Assembly: GCF_009914755.1 (NCBI RefSeq)
Contig: NC_060934.1
Source: the human T2T-CHM13v2.0 reference genome, Homo sapiens
Strand: one strand, 5' to 3'
DNA: 64,000 nucleotides
The notes under the pieces are model-generated. The model was not told the origin of the DNA and ran no database searches. It worked only from the letters and a program-made list of their open reading frames with translations. The number at the start of each line of letters is the position of its first letter. Position 1 is the stretch's first letter. Position numbers and translations under genes: made by a program. Positions 33,329-49,954 of the stretch are shown here, in pieces.

Positions 33329-35994
33329 TTAAAAAAAAATATGTATCTTTGCTTTGGTTCCAAATATATTTTTTAAATGTTTGATACATGGGGACACATC
33401 ACAGTGTATATTATCAAATTACTTTGAGTTATAAATAGAAGAGGAAAATCAAAATAGGAAAATTACAATAGCCTTAAATCTCTCAGTTGATGTTAAAAGT
33501 ACTAAATTCTGGCAGCTAGGGTAAAATTAATATAATAAAAGAATAGATACAGCACTCACTTTTTCTATACCCCCAAGTATTTTAATTATTTCTATATTTG
33601 GAAATGAATTCATAATCTATTAGTCACATTATTTGAAATTTCAAATTATAATTTTATTTATTTCAGATAAAAGCCTCATCCTTTAAAAACATACCTTTGG
33701 GTGAATAAACAAAGCAAACTTTCTATGACTTTCATATAAACTACTTTATCATCCTGTATTGCTCCATTGAGTTAGTGAGGTCAGGGTTTTGATAGAATGA
33801 GAATATTCATACAGTGAATTGCAGACATATTTGCAGGTCTTTAAAAATGATGTTGGCTTTGTCTAGGGCTGAGGGTGATGTTGCAGGGCAAGTGTAAAGG
33901 ACAGAGTCACATAGAGACTCCTGAGAACTAGAAAGCAACCAGTGAGTCCCAGCATCTTAAGGGCAAGGAAGTGTCAACGTAGTTCCATATAAATTTAGTA
34001 AAACATAAGGCAAGCACTCAATTGTTTTCCAACACAATATGCTAATTGGAGTGGCAGAATTGTATGGTAGAAAGAACATACAATTGACAAATATATTCAC
34101 AACACTGTGCCAAGTGCAATGAGAGGTACAGTGACATAAAGACATGCATTTTCAGACCTTATAGTCGGTTTGAGGATTTAATATATTAATCATGTACAGA
34201 GATCTAAAATTTCCTTGAGTACGTATTATGCATGCCGAATGGTAGGAAATGTGTGTTAAGTTTTTTTTTTTTCTGGATTCTCTCAAATAAAACTGACCTC
34301 ATAGCTCTGAGTTAAGTAATTTTATATTTACCACATAAGAAAATTGGAGTACAAATGAGGAAATCGAGGTACAGACAGATTAAGCAACTCGTCTAAGACT
34401 ATACAGCTGCTACGCAGAGCATCTGGGATTCAAATCTAGGAATGAGTGAAGAATTTTATTACTAATCGCATAAGTAAATACATACGTCTAAGCCAGTCAT
34501 ATATTCTTTGTTGGTTCTATGACCCAATATTGCAGAAAATAATTATAGAATTAGATTTTCTATTTGAGTACAAAATTTACTTCACAAAATTATAATTCTG
34601 TTGCTTAAATATTGAATGTATAGTATGAATTATTATCTAATAGTAGTATCTATTTTAATGTCACATATTGGTAAATATTGCCTTAATAATGATTATGAGT
34701 CAGGAACTGTTCTTAGTACATGTTATATCAATGAATCTTTTCAAATAGTTAATGTGGTAAGTGTAGACCAAATCAACCAATAATTAGCTAAGCCTCAGAG
34801 GATTTGAGTACTGTATCTATATTTACATGGCCAGTGAGTAGAGAGGTTGTCTTAATTCCAGTGATGTGACAGCAGTGATCTCATTTGTGTGTATGATTCC
34901 AGAATCACTGTGAGAGAATGTGAACCCATATTTAGACAATGTATAGTTCCCAGCAACAACTAGAGTCTTATCTTGCTCTGGGAGTGCAGAAAATACATTA
35001 TGATAACTTGGTAATATTGTAATGTGAAAAGCGTAAAGAGAATAACTCACAAGAAAAACATTAAGAAGTTTTCTGAAGCACACTTCTGTTGTGGCTTCCA
35101 GATTAATGTGCTTTCAAATTCTAAGCAGTGTTTTCCACAGACAGATTTTCTGTGTAAGCAGAAATTGGCTTAATTTAAGGAGATACAAAGGATGGTACAG
35201 TATTTTGTGTTTACTACAGAGGTTGGCTGCCATTTGTTAGTGCAGTAAAATTTTGTAAAGCTGCTCTGAGATTCTTTGAAATTCATTTATAACAACGAGA
35301 CTGGATACTTAACATCTGCTGCAAATGTTTTCTAGGAGACTTAGTTACTCCTGCTCCCTACTTTCTGTAGTTTATTTCCATTCTATGATTGTTTATCTTT
35401 TGAAATAATTTCAACAATTGACTCTGTTTAATTTGTCTGGTTCTGAGAAAACATTAGCTAGATGACAAATTTAACAGTTTAATCCAACAGGCCTTGAGTG
35501 GTATATATGTGCATGTGTTACCAAAGGAGTCAAGAAATTAACTCCAGCTCTTAAACATTGAAAAAAGAAAAAGAAGGTAGGGGAGGGAATCTTGATAGCC
35601 ACTTCGGTAATGATGCAAAGTGAGAGAAAATACCATCCTGGAGCTCAACGGTGAGCACACTTAATGGCAAAAGAAGTGAGAACTGACCATCTGCTCATCC
35701 ACATGGTGAGATATGGACAAATACCTCTTCTTGAGAATGAATGAGTGGCTATATGAATGAATAGGTAAATGAGCAAATGAAGGCCTATCTGTGAATAACC
35801 AAACTGGAAACCCACAGTCAGTTTACAAGCCTCTTGAGGATATGATCATAACTTGAATATCTCACTGAGAGCTAACCCTTTATATGAACTTAGCTCATTT
35901 ACTTTTGCATTTGTTGTTGAAGGTCCTTCGTACCCTGCTCAAAGGCTGAATTCTTAAAAATATACTACCACCATTAAAAAAGAACAAAAGAAAA

Positions 35995-36130
35995 TTTTTG
36001 GAGGTGAATAAGTATGTTCAGTACCTTGGTTGTGATGATGGTATTGGTGTATGCACACATGTCCAAACTCATCCAAGTGAATATATTAAAGGTGTATAAT
36101 TTTTTATATCAATTATGCCTCAGTAAACCT
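35995..36130 (+). mobile_element. Old L1M 3'-end fragment
   Basis: ttttggaggtga...ggttgtgatgatggt...caattatgcctcagtaaa. Confidence 0.6.
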
Positions 36131-38632
36131 TCTAAAAAATGATTTAAATCTAAACAGCAACAGCAACAAAACACTTAGGAAACAATAGAAATTTCTGTCC
36201 CTGTTCTAAATGTTAACTTTAAAGGTTTGATTAGGAATTTATTTTTTAGTGCAGAAACATGCTTTTCTTTTTCAAAACACAAACATTATAATACAGAGCT
36301 AGTTAAAATCTACACATTTCCCTTATAAAGGCAGAGGCCCTCATGCAACCATCATCTTTAGAAATAGAAGTCCCTGTAAAACCACAATGCGTAGCTTTTT
36401 GACTGTTTATGCATTAACAGCATTTTTTGTTTTTAGCCTTGGAAATACATCAGAAATAGATCTCCTGACTGTGTTTGCATGGGTCCCTTAGAAATGACTT
36501 AAATATAAGCAAACCATATTACTTAAACAATGTTAAGCTACGCTATAGCACTGTATTACTGCTTTGAGAAATTCATGTAGTTCAACTGAGTATTGTAGCA
36601 GTAATTCATGTTCATACAAAAATCAATCAAAGGTTTTGACAAGATTGAGGCACGTAAGGAAATGAAGGTCAGGCATTGTATTGCAAGTTCCTTATTCTAA
36701 ATTGTAGTTCTTACAAATAGGCTTCTGAGGTCCCATAGCTTTAGCAGGCCTCTTACATATGCCTTCATTGTCTGTTCTTTCCATGACATTTAGACATTTA
36801 TTTCTTTCTCCCTCCCATTGTGTCCAAGTCCCTCACACTGTTGAACTTGTGCCTCTCTCGCCTCTTCCTTCTGTCTCTCTTTTTAATACCTTGATGCAGC
36901 AGCAATGGATGGTGGGATGCATTTTATTCAGCTCTCAAGGCAGTCAGAGTTCCACTTGAGTTTCTGTAGCATCTGTTATAACAAGGTTAAAATTACAGAA
37001 AGTACACGATTTTATTCCCTTTAGCTGAAGGACAACAAAGGTGGATTTTCATGTTTCCTTGTAAAGTGCTGCTTCCGAGAAAGCACATTTTGGTATCCAC
37101 TAATCCCAAGTAAAGTGACTTGGTTTCTAATGTTGGTTTTGCCATTAGCCTTTGTTAGGTTATTTATTTTCTTTAAGCCCATCAACCCTTCAGTTAGTCT
37201 CCATTCTGCCTATTTGTTGTTGAAATTTAAAAGGCCTCCTAGTAGCTCCAATAGTTATAGTATAATAGAAACAAGCAAATACTCTTTTAAAAAAATTATA
37301 TAAGGGTAAAAACACTTGGATTCAAAAGTGAGTTTGGACAATATCTACCAAGTGGTAATCAGATAGACTTTTAAACTAAAAATACACCACAAGACTATTG
37401 CACACTCCTACTAAGGTCCCAAGAATTATTGAAAAGTAGAAAGAAAAAAAATAGTGGGAACTTCTTTTAGTTAAAATGTACATCTTATCAGGATTACCAT
37501 AATAATAGTAATTGTGAGCTTTAGTTTGAATTTCTTTTCTGGAAATATGAAGTCTTAGGGAATTGTGATATAAATCCCAAGGCTAAAATAGGTGTCCAGT
37601 GATCATTCTGATTTTTATTTGATAATAGTCTTCCTCAATAGACTATTATAAAATGGAAGGAGCAAGTTGGAAAACTTAAGAAAACTCCGCAGAGCAGGCA
37701 TTTCTAATTAGGAAGCTGTAGGAGAAAAGGCTTATGACTATCCAAAGCACTTAGGCATCTGATGTATTATATGGAATGTCTTTCTCTTTTCCCTCAGTTA
37801 TCAAAGAGAGAACAAGTTTAATGGTATTAAAACAAGAAAAAATGGTCTTAGTTGGATTAAATAGGCCTTCAAAGGGCTCTTTGACAGATACACTCATGAA
37901 ATTATGACACAACTCTGCAAACTTAATCTATGTGAAATAGAAAACACGTAGAAGACACAAAATTCTAAGGGAAACTCAAGGATTTTCTAACATTGCTTTA
38001 CGTAACTGCTTCTTTTTTCCAAACTTTACCTTCTCTAACGACAAGCCATGATATAACAGTGTCAAAGGCTAGACAGTCCAATGGCAAGAATGCTGACAAA
38101 GGTAGTTGTATAAGAAAGAATGAGTCATATTTTGAATGACAAAATGGTTAACACCTTCTTTCTTGCTTTTTTATATTGGCAATTTTTTGTATGTTTTAGA
38201 GGAATTGCGGATTAGAAGGTTATTTATGAGAGTAAGACTTGTAAGAGTATAGGTAAATTTAACTTAATTCATTAAATAGTTATTGAATCTGCAAAACATT
38301 GTGGAGGATATAGAAAATTGTTACAGTATGAATCTTATCCTCAAGGAGCATAATCTTCACCCAATATGAAGTTTAAGAGACTACCAAAAAACAGTCTTCT
38401 TGTTAGAACAGGTTTTTTATAATGGATTTTCCTCCTAAATCCAATGTAATAATGGCAGATTTAGAAACTGAGATAAAAATGTGAAATAAGACTTAGAACT
38501 TATTTGATACAAAACTTTACTGGGCAAATCTATTGACAGCAGATATTATGCAGAATTTAAATTCCCCTACCTCAGCTGGAAAGTAGTTAAGGTCTCATTA
38601 TTATCTTATGCTCATGCAATCCAGTGCGTTTT

Positions 38633-39052
38633 CAGTTAACCCTTGAACAACACAGTGGTTAGGGTGCTGACCTCTATGAAGTCAAAAATCACTGTATCAC
38701 TTTTGACTTTAACTGCTGGTAATATAATAATAGCCTACTGTTGATCAGAAGCCTTTCCAATAACATAAACAATTAACATATGTCATGCATGTTATATGTA
38801 TTATACACTGCATTCTCACAATAAAGAAAGTGAGAGAAAATGTTATTAAGAGAATTACAAGATCTTCACTATTCACTGAGTGGAAACGGATCATCATAAA
38901 GGTCTTCATCCTCATCATCTTCATGTTGAGTAGGCTGAGGCACAAGAAGAGGAGGGATTGATCTTGCTGTCTCAGGGATGGCAGAGGCAGAAGAAAATCC
39001 ATGTATCTGTGAACCCATGCAGTTCAAACCCATATGGTTCAAAGGTAAACCG
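38633..39052. mobile_element. Tigger2a-like Tc1/mariner MITE
   Basis: Terminal inverted repeats cagttaacccttgaacaaca / ggttcaaaggtaaaccg, TA at the right flank. Confidence 0.8.
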
Positions 39053-39185
39053 TATATGGAAATTATAGAGGGGGAACACAATTAAATTAACTAACTTAAT
39101 ATTTAAGTAAATAATTTAGAGACACAAAACCAAGAAGAGGGTAATACACAAATCTACACAAATGAAGAATTGTTTGGAGTGTGGG

Positions 39186-39216
<31 letters not shown>

Positions 39217-39228
39217 TGTGCGTGTGTG
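39186..39228. repeat. (TG)n microsatellite
   Basis: Seen directly. Confidence 0.9.
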
Positions 39229-39639
39229 ACAGAGGGAGAAAGAAAGAGATTACATGAAAATGGAAATGTGGATCTTTTCATAGTAATACAGAGGTTAAAA
39301 TGTCCAAAAATAAATTTGCTAACTTCTGAGTAAACTGAAATGCACATATGAAAGCTTTGTAATTCATCCATGAACTTATAAGCACACATATACATACACT
39401 CCCCTCCACACACCACACACACATTTATGCACTTGTAGAGACACAGATAAATAGGCAGATAGATACAGACCACTTCTGTAGTAGTTAAAATCATTACCAA
39501 TAGTAAAATATGAAAAAATTGTATGGTGAGAAGAAGAAGATATTTAATTAAATTAATTATTATTAGAAATATATAGAGAGAAGCAGTAATGAGAGCATGT
39601 AACTACCAGAATAAAAGTTGCTTCAGTTTCTAAATTTCA

Positions 39640-40830
39640 AATCCCAAACTCTATGTTTCCCAGAAGGCTAACCCTTGAGTGCCAAATAGTATCATCTTAG
39701 AAATGACATACCATCACTACTGGCATATTCTACTGGTCATATAGATGAACCCTGGTACACTGCGGGAGGCAACTATACCAGTGCATGAATACCAGGAGGT
39801 AATGTCCATTGGGGTCCTTCTTAGAGGCCGGTTACTGTAGACTGCTCTCTGGCTCCAAGTAATGCACACACCTCACTAATTGTATCCTAAGTCTACCAAA
39901 GCTTCATCTCATCACAGCATTAGTTTGAAGTCTAGAATCTTGTCATTTAAATCAGGTCTAGCTGCAAATACAACTCCTTGAGTACAGTTTGTCTTGATTT
40001 GAAGACCTTTGAAACTAAAGAAACAACTTACCTATCTTTCACACATCTATCATAAAATGATGAGACAGGCATAGAATAATCATCATAGGCACTCGGACTT
40101 AATAGAGGAAAAAGGGAGACATACAGAAGTCAGCAGTCAATGAGAGTTCTGAAATCTAGCTGGGAAAATGTTAATTTTTTCTTTTTTTTTGAGGGGAATT
40201 TAATCCTATTCCTACCAATCAATGGCTATTTCTTGATTCCACTGTCTGGTCTCAGTCCTATCCTTTGAAATAGCCCTACTTTTTCATAAAAGTTAGAACA
40301 TATTTAACTCTGAGTAGTTTACTCAGCCTGCTATCTGCTTAAAGAAACTTGGGTGGCCCACTTTAAAATGAATCTGGCTTATTCAGTTTAAATTATCAAT
40401 ATTTTTACATATGTAATTTACCTTCAAATTTTTGTAGGTTTACTGTGAATCTTACTGAGATTCACTCATACACAAAGGGTAACTCAGTAATATTTTCAGA
40501 AACATGCCCTTCTCTTTCTTGAACTTTTGTTGAGGAGGCTGCAGAGCAATGCTGTGAGCTTCCTGCAGGTTCCATTGTTCGATTGAGTTATCTGTGTATC
40601 ATATACTTTATATTTTAGAGGACCGTATGTCTAACTAAATGGCATTCCAAAGCACAACCTTTGATCTTCCTGCAACATATGGAAAATTTTACAGTTATCT
40701 TTTTGGCTACAATTTTGGACCATACTTTCCTGGCAGTGCCCTGGATTCTATCTTTGCTTGAAAGCTATTTATTCATTTCAGCATCATTTGCCATCTGGTG
40801 AATCTCAGAATTTTCAAAGCCATTATATCC
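39640..40830. mobile_element. MaLR (MLT1) LTR/internal remnant
   Basis: Diverged similarity to MLT1 and MLT-int motifs; boundaries uncertain. Confidence 0.45.
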
Positions 40831-41239
40831 ATTATTTTTAAGTTAATATAATTTATTTATTTATAAAAACAAAGGGAACATATATGCAAAAATAGAACCT
40901 TTTGAACTCTACAGAATGTTTTAATCAAAACTAGGTTAACAGGTAATTGTTGAGCATCACTTTTATGTTATGCAATCTATTCTGTGATGTAAAAAGAGAT
41001 ACAAAGTACTTACTCCCATAGTGATTGCATTATATTTGATGTAGACAATAAGTAAATTTGTATTTTTTGGATTTTAGCAAGTACATTCAATAAACAAATC
41101 GGGGGCAATAAGAGTACTGACTGGTAGTCTCTGTTTCAGCTAAGATAGTCAGGGAATGAACATGGTGATTGTATTAGTCAAGGTTATCTAGAGGAACAGA
41201 AAAAAATGTGTATTTATACACATCCATGTATATTCAAAG

Positions 41240-41897
41240 TAGGCAGCCCTCATCCACTCAAGGACTTTGCTTCCTCTTCTAGGGAAGGGGTTAGTGCATT
41301 TTTGGTTGCCACAGGATAGTTGTATCACATCAGGCAGAATTATGACCTTGCTATTTTCTTTAATTGACAATTAAGTATGGTTTTAGGAGACACATGGCTG
41401 CCAGGTTGACAGGGGATGAACTTATAATAGCTAATTTTACGTGTTGATTTGACTAGGCTATGGGTACCCAGATATGCTGACAAATGATATTAAGTGTATC
41501 TGCAAGGATGTTCTAGATAAGATTAATATTTAAATTCATGGAGTGAGGAAAGCAGATTGTTCTCTCTAGTGTAGGTAGCCCTTATCCAATCAATTGAAGA
41601 GGTGAATAGCACAAATAAAGTTGATTAAGAGAGGATTCCTTTTCAATGTTTCAAATAGAAACATTGTCTTTTTTGGGTATTGAGCCTGCCAGCTTTTGGA
41701 CTGAATCTTACTCTACCAGCTCTCCTGGTTGTCATGCCTTTGGACTCAAACTGGAACTACATTTAATCTCTCCTGTGTCTCCAGCTTGCCAACTACAGAT
41801 ATTGAGACTTCTCAGCCTCTATAAGGATGGTGTGAGCCAATTTCTTATCCTTTCTTGCTCATCATATGTTTCTCTAGATAACATTGAGTAATAGAGT
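41240..41897 (+). mobile_element. ERVL internal 3' end plus MLT2 LTR
   Basis: ggttgacaggggatgaact PPT-like tract, LTR body, gtttctctagataacattgagtaataga end. Confidence 0.75.
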
Positions 41898-41948
41898 CAT
41901 CATGTCCATTCCATGACTATCTTAGCTGTGTATACTGCTCTCAATATT

Positions 41949-43380
41949 GAGAGAGAGAGAGAGAGGGAGAGAGAGAGAAAGAGAGATTACAAGAAATTGG
42001 CTCACATCTTATGGAGGCTGATAAGTTTCAATATCTGCAATTGGCAAGCTGGAGACACAGAAAAGCTGAAATTTAGTTCTAGTTTGAGTCCAAAGGCATG
42101 AGAACCAGACCTGATAGTGTAAGCTTCAGTCCAAAGGCTGGCAAGCTCAATACCCGAGAAAATCCATGTTTCCATTTGAATATAAAAGCAAGAAAAGACC
42201 AATGGCCCAGCTCAGGAAGCCAGGCAAGAGGAGTCCTCCCTTAATCAACTGTTTTGTGCTATTCAGGTCTTTAATTGACTGGATAAGGCCTACCTACTTT
42301 AGAGAGAACAATCTGCTTTACTCACTCTATGAACTTAAATATCAATCTCATCTAGAACATCCTTGCAGATACACTCAATAGTATTTGTTTCCATATCTGA
42401 GCACTCCATGGCCTAGTCAAGCCAACACATAAAACTAGCTATTATAAGTTTATTCTGTGTCAATGTGGCACCTATATGTATCTTTTAAAACCATATTTAA
42501 TTTTCAAATAAACACAATAGCAAGGTCATAATTCTGCCTGACAGGATACAACTATCCTGTATACACCAAAAATTGCACTAATCCCTTCCCAGAAAGAGGA
42601 AGCAAAGTCATTGAGTAATGTTTACTCTTCTTGATATCCCCTAACTTAAATACTATGATGTAAAATTAGGATTACTTAAATACTATGAAACAAATTCAGT
42701 ACATCTCATATTATATGATAAAGTCATGAAAACAGGAAGCAACCATCTTGCTACTGAGTCACTACAGGTAAGTAATAGTGAACTCTGTCACTCTCATTTA
42801 CACTCCTTCATTCCTGGAGCCATGAATTCTGCTATGGTAAAAACAGCACCATATATTGAATGCTGATTCAGAGCATATACAGCCTTCTGGAGAATTTGTC
42901 CCAATTCTGCAAGACATTGCCACCTAGCTGGTGCTGCAGCAGAGTTTTTAACAGGCTATTCCACCATTCTATCAATCCAATTGCTTCAGAGTCATGCGGA
43001 ACATGGTAAGACCATTGGATCATAAGCGTGGGCCCATTGCTGACATCTATTGCTAGGAAGTGACTTATTTGATCACACGCAATGGTGTGTGATACACTGT
43101 GATAGTGTATAAGGCATTCGTAAGTCTCTTATGGTAGTTTGGGAAGAGGCACTGCATGCAGGGAAGGCAATCCGTATTCAAAGTAAGTGTCTATTCCTAT
43201 AAGAACAAAATGCTGCTACTTCCATGATGAAATTCATACCATGTAATCAGCCTGCCCCCAGGCAGCCAGCCGATTACTCCAGGGAATGTCACCATATCAG
43301 GGGCTCAATATTGTCCTCTGCTACTGGTATACTGAGCAATCAAGTCAGGCTTGGTGAGTGGAAGTTCATATTGTTCAATA
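41949..43380 (-). mobile_element. MLT2 LTR (about 41949-42446) plus ERVL internal (integrase-region) remnant
   Basis: Antisense MLT2 with (GA)n tract, followed by ERVL-like sequence. Confidence 0.75.
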
Positions 43381-43404
43381 TATTTTAACACAGTTAGGCA
43401 CACC

Positions 43405-44755
43405 AGCTGCTGCAGCTGGGACAGGCAGCTCCAGGTGCCAGCATGAGTGCTAGCTCACTATAAGGCTTTGGCTGGACCAGACACACCACAAGCAGCTTCC
43501 ATGGCTGTTACAAGGGAACACAGTTGTACCTGGAAGCTTGCAGACTCCAGGAACCACAGGGTCCCATAGCGGGAGTCACAGCTCTGGCCTGGGGAGCTCC
43601 CAGGTCTGGGTTCCCATAGAGCCACAGCTCTTTTTTTCTTCTCTCTTCTTGTCATCCACAACATGGTGAGCAAGGGGCATGTTTCAACCTTGTTTGTGTT
43701 ACAGCATTTTTAGTCCTGTCATTTGGCAAGTCCCAAGTTCTTGTGCTACCTCCAGGAAGAATGAGGTATATAGACAAGTGGAGAGTGAGCAAAGAGGAGC
43801 TATATTGAGTGACAGAATAACTCAGAGGATGTCCTGGAGTGGGCACCTCCATTCTGCAGCTGGGCATCCCAATATCTGCATCTCTCAGAAGAGATGAGGC
43901 CCTGGAGTGGGTAGCTGCTCTCTGTAGCTGGTTGTCCCAATGTCTGCTCAGTTCTGGCTGAGCCTGGGGCTTTTATAGGTCTCAGAAAGGAAGAAATGCA
44001 CACTGATCGGTCCATGAGAGGCCATGGATGGCCCCAGAAAAGGCATCACAAGTTTACACTCTGGTTCACGGGACTGGCAGCCCAGACCCCAGCCTTCACA
44101 CCCATCCTGGCCTGAAGGAAAGGCCTCACCAAGGACCCACCCCCTTCTGTGCAGGAGCCTGTCTGCCTCCTGCTGCCATTCATGGCACCCAGGCTATTTG
44201 TGCCAAAGGATGCCTGCAGGCCAGTGCCAAGCTGCCCTCAGCATCTCCTCAGCTTCCCTCCCATGCTTGTCAGTGCCCAAAGCCTGGGCAGGGGCCAGAG
44301 ACAGTATGGTACTGGTGTATCAGCACTGCCTCAAGCATGTGCACACCCACCAGGCTGCAACAGCACCTGAGCCTACCCACAACCTTGCTCCAAGATCAGA
44401 GCAGATGTCAAGAGTGGGGAGGAGCCAGGCAATGGGAGCAGAAGATACCTCCAAGTCTGCAAGGGCCTGGGGTTTTTTCCTGTGCCCCCAAGAGTGTAGA
44501 GATGCCTGACTCTGCAGCCGTGGCTTGGGCATCTGTAGTTGCATCTTGAAGGACAGGTGTCCTGTGTGCTCCATGGAATGGGAGGCCCAGATCTGCAGCC
44601 ACTACTTGGGCTGCTGCAACTGTTCCCAGGAAGCTCTAACTCCACCAACTCAGAAGGGGCATGTTTCCCACTTGTATCCAGCTCTTTACCATGTTTCACC
44701 GCTGTAGCTGATGTGACGGCAGTGGCTGCTCCAGATGGGGTGCCACTGCCATCTT
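43405..44755 (-). mobile_element. MER52-family (ERV1) long LTR
   Basis: GC-rich 1.35 kb ending ggctgctccagatggggtgccactgccatc; MER52/LTR1-type U5 motifs in antisense. Confidence 0.8.
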
Positions 44756-46737
<1,982 letters not shown>

Positions 46738-47108
46738 TGTTAAATCAAGTTTAGCCTAAAGCTGCCTCCTTACATATTAAAGTTCAACCTAAAGGTTTTT
46801 CTATACATCGTGAACTATAACAAGTGAAGTTGTAAACCAACTGTAGCCCACATCTGTACCAATCACTGAGTTTTGGCCAAATGTAGCTAACAGTTCCAAC
46901 CATGTTCAAATAAGGCAAAGACCCAGCTGCAACCAATCCAGTTGCTTCTGTACCTCACTTTCCTTTTGCTGTCCATAAATCTTCTTCCACCACGTGGCTG
47001 CGCTACAGTCTCTCTAAATGTGCTGTAATTCTGGGTGCTGCCTGATTCTCCCATCATTCATTGCTCATACTACTTTACATTTAATTTGGTTGAAATTTTT
47101 CTCTTAAC
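46738..47108 (+). mobile_element. MER57 LTR (3' LTR)
   Basis: Begins tgttaaatcaagtttagcctaaagctgcctccttacata. Confidence 0.85.
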
Positions 47109-47274
47109 GACAATCATAGAATCAGTGTAACAATCTGTCTTGAAAAGTAGTAAAGTGTGTTACTTCTATAGGAGAAAACAAGACATCTGTAATGATAAGC
47201 CAGAATGGTCACTGCAAACAGCAAGATGTATATTTAACTCAGCCTATTCTTTGTGTAAAATATATATATATATA

Positions 47275-47478
47275 AAATTTAAAGTAGTTTGAGCAATGAA
47301 CGATGGGAGAATCAGGCAGCTCCCAGAATTACAGCAGATTTAGAGAGACTGTAGCGCAGCCACGTGGTGGAAGAAGATTTATGGACAGCAAAAGGAAAGT
47401 GAGGTACAGAAACAACTGGATTGGTTGCAGCTGGGCCTTTGCCTTATTTGAACATTGTTGGAACTGTTAGCTACATTT
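47275..47478 (-). repeat. Inverted duplicate of 46879-47082 (MER57 LTR segment)
   Basis: 204 bp, 8 mismatches and no gaps by manual alignment. Confidence 0.95.
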
Positions 47479-47978
47479 ATATATATATAATCTATTTATA
47501 TATTATTAAATATATTTACATTTTTATATATTATATATTATTAAATATATTTATTTTTATATATATTATATATTATTAAATATATTTATATTTAGATATA
47601 TTATATATTAAATATATTTATATTTAGATATATTATATATTAAATATATTTATATTTAGATATATTATATATTATTAAATATATTTATATTTATATATAT
47701 TATATATTATTAAATATATTTATATTTAGATATATTATACATTATATATTTACATATATATTTATATCTTTTTATATATAATTTTAAATTTATAAATATT
47801 TATATATAATATATATAATATATTTATAACTTTAAATTTATAAATATTTATTTATATATAATATATAATATATTTATAAATGTTAAATTTATAAATATTA
47901 AATTTATTTATATTTATTTATATATAATATATATATATATATTTATATATAATATATATTTATATATTTTTATATATA
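47479..47978. repeat. AT-rich low-complexity/minisatellite tract
   Basis: About 500 bp almost entirely A/T with repeated tatttagatatattatatattaaatatattta-like units. Confidence 0.95.
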
Positions 47979-48809
47979 TGGAAAACACATTTTAACTAGC
48001 TTCTTCACTCTCTCTTTTATCACTTTTTTACTTAGATTTAGAACAATGTGAATAGTTCATGAGCTCAAATGTTCTCCCAAGTTCAGTTAATAACACCAGC
48101 TTGAGGTTGCTGTACACACTTAAGGAAATGTGCTAATATTTAATAAAACTAATATTAATAATTACCTCATAGACCCTCCACTCTTTCTCTTTTTCATAAT
48201 AAGCAAATCTCCTCTTTTTATAAGGCTCACATTGGAGGGTTTATGCCATATTTATTTTAATACACCGACTTTGTGAAGATATCCTGAGTTCTAGAATTTT
48301 TTACATCAACATTTTTCAGATTGATTTGTCATGAATGTTATTCCCTGTCCATCTTTTTTTCATCTGTAACTGTTTATTAGGACTTGTTATGTACCAGACA
48401 TTTTGCTAGCAACTTTATAAGCAGTATCCCATGTAATCCTCAAAATACTCTATGAGGAATTTTTGTTATTTATTCTCCTTTACAGGCAAGGGAATCTAAA
48501 TCTCAGGGAAGTTCATTACCTGTTCCAGTGTTACAGAGGAGAAAGGTGATGGAACTGGGATGTTAGTTGCATCCAGGCAATCCTACATCAGCTTTCACTT
48601 TTAATCTCTTCCCAACTTTGTCTCTCTCTATTTCTTTTCAGCTGTTAATGATTTCATATGTATGATTGATTTTGCCTGACTGAGCCAAACTATATTAGCA
48701 TGTTATTAGATTAGAATAACTTAATCTCTTTACTTGGAGAAAAAAAAAACAAATCAATTAAACAACTGCACTGATGAGACAGAGGAACTGTTTTAGGCAT
48801 AATGTAGTC

Positions 48810-48990
48810 TAGAAGTTTTTTGAGTGTGATCAACAGACCAACAGCATCCACATCATACACAAATGTATTAGAAATGCAAATTCCTGGGTACCATTCCAGC
48901 ATGAATGAATCAGAAACTAAGGAAACAGCAATCTGTCTTTTAACACATCTTTTAAGTGAATTTTAAATTCTAAAATATATTAACCACTGC
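48810..48990. mobile_element. MER5A DNA transposon remnant
   Basis: ttagaaatgcaaattcctggg...gaatcagaaact...aaccactg. Confidence 0.75.
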
Positions 48991-49790
48991 CATAACAAAG
49001 GGGTCAGCAAATTAATGAACATGAGTCAAGCTTAGGCACCTCCTATTTGTTTGCTTTTTAAAATTTCAATATGATATACATACATCATTTAAAAATTTTT
49101 AAGTGTATAATTCTATGGTAGTAATTACATGCAAAATGTATAAACATCAGAACTATCTATTTCTAAAATTAGCTCATCACTCCAAACAAAAACTATACTC
49201 ATAAAACAGTAACACCTTTTAACTCTCCCCTCACATCCTAGTAATCACTAACATATTTTCTATCTCTATGACTTTTCCCATTCTAGATATTTCATATGTT
49301 TGGGATCATACAATATTTGTCCTTTTGAGTCTGGCTTATTTCACTTAGAAAATGTTTTTAAGGTTCATTATGCTGTAGTGTGTATCAAAACATCATTCTT
49401 TTTTATGGCTGAATAATAATCCTTTGTATTTATGTACAACATTTTTGTTCATCTATTCATTGCTTAAAGATTCATCTGTTAGGGTTTTTCTACCTTTTGA
49501 CTATTGTAAAAAATGCTGCAAAAAAAAACACTGGTGTACAAGTATCTGTTTGAGTCACGCTTGAATTATTTTGGGTATATACCTAGAAGTGGAATTATTC
49601 TATGTTTAGCTTTTTGATTAACCTCCAAATTGATTTCCACAGTAAGCGCACAATTTGATATTCCCACCACCAATGTAAGTGTCTTTAACTTTATCCACAT
49701 CTTGGCTAACCCTTTTTCCTCCCCCTATTCTCTCTCTCTATTTATGTATTTATTTATTTTTATTACTGTCATCATAATAGTTGTGAAGAA

Positions 49791-49921
49791 GGCCAGGTGT
49801 GCTGGCTCATACCTGTAATACCAGTACTTTGGAAGGCTGAGGCAGGCTGATCACCTGAGGTCAGAAGTTCGAGACCAGCCTGGCCAACACAATGAAACCC
49901 TGTCTCTACTAAAAATCTGAA

Positions 49922-49954
<33 letters not shown>

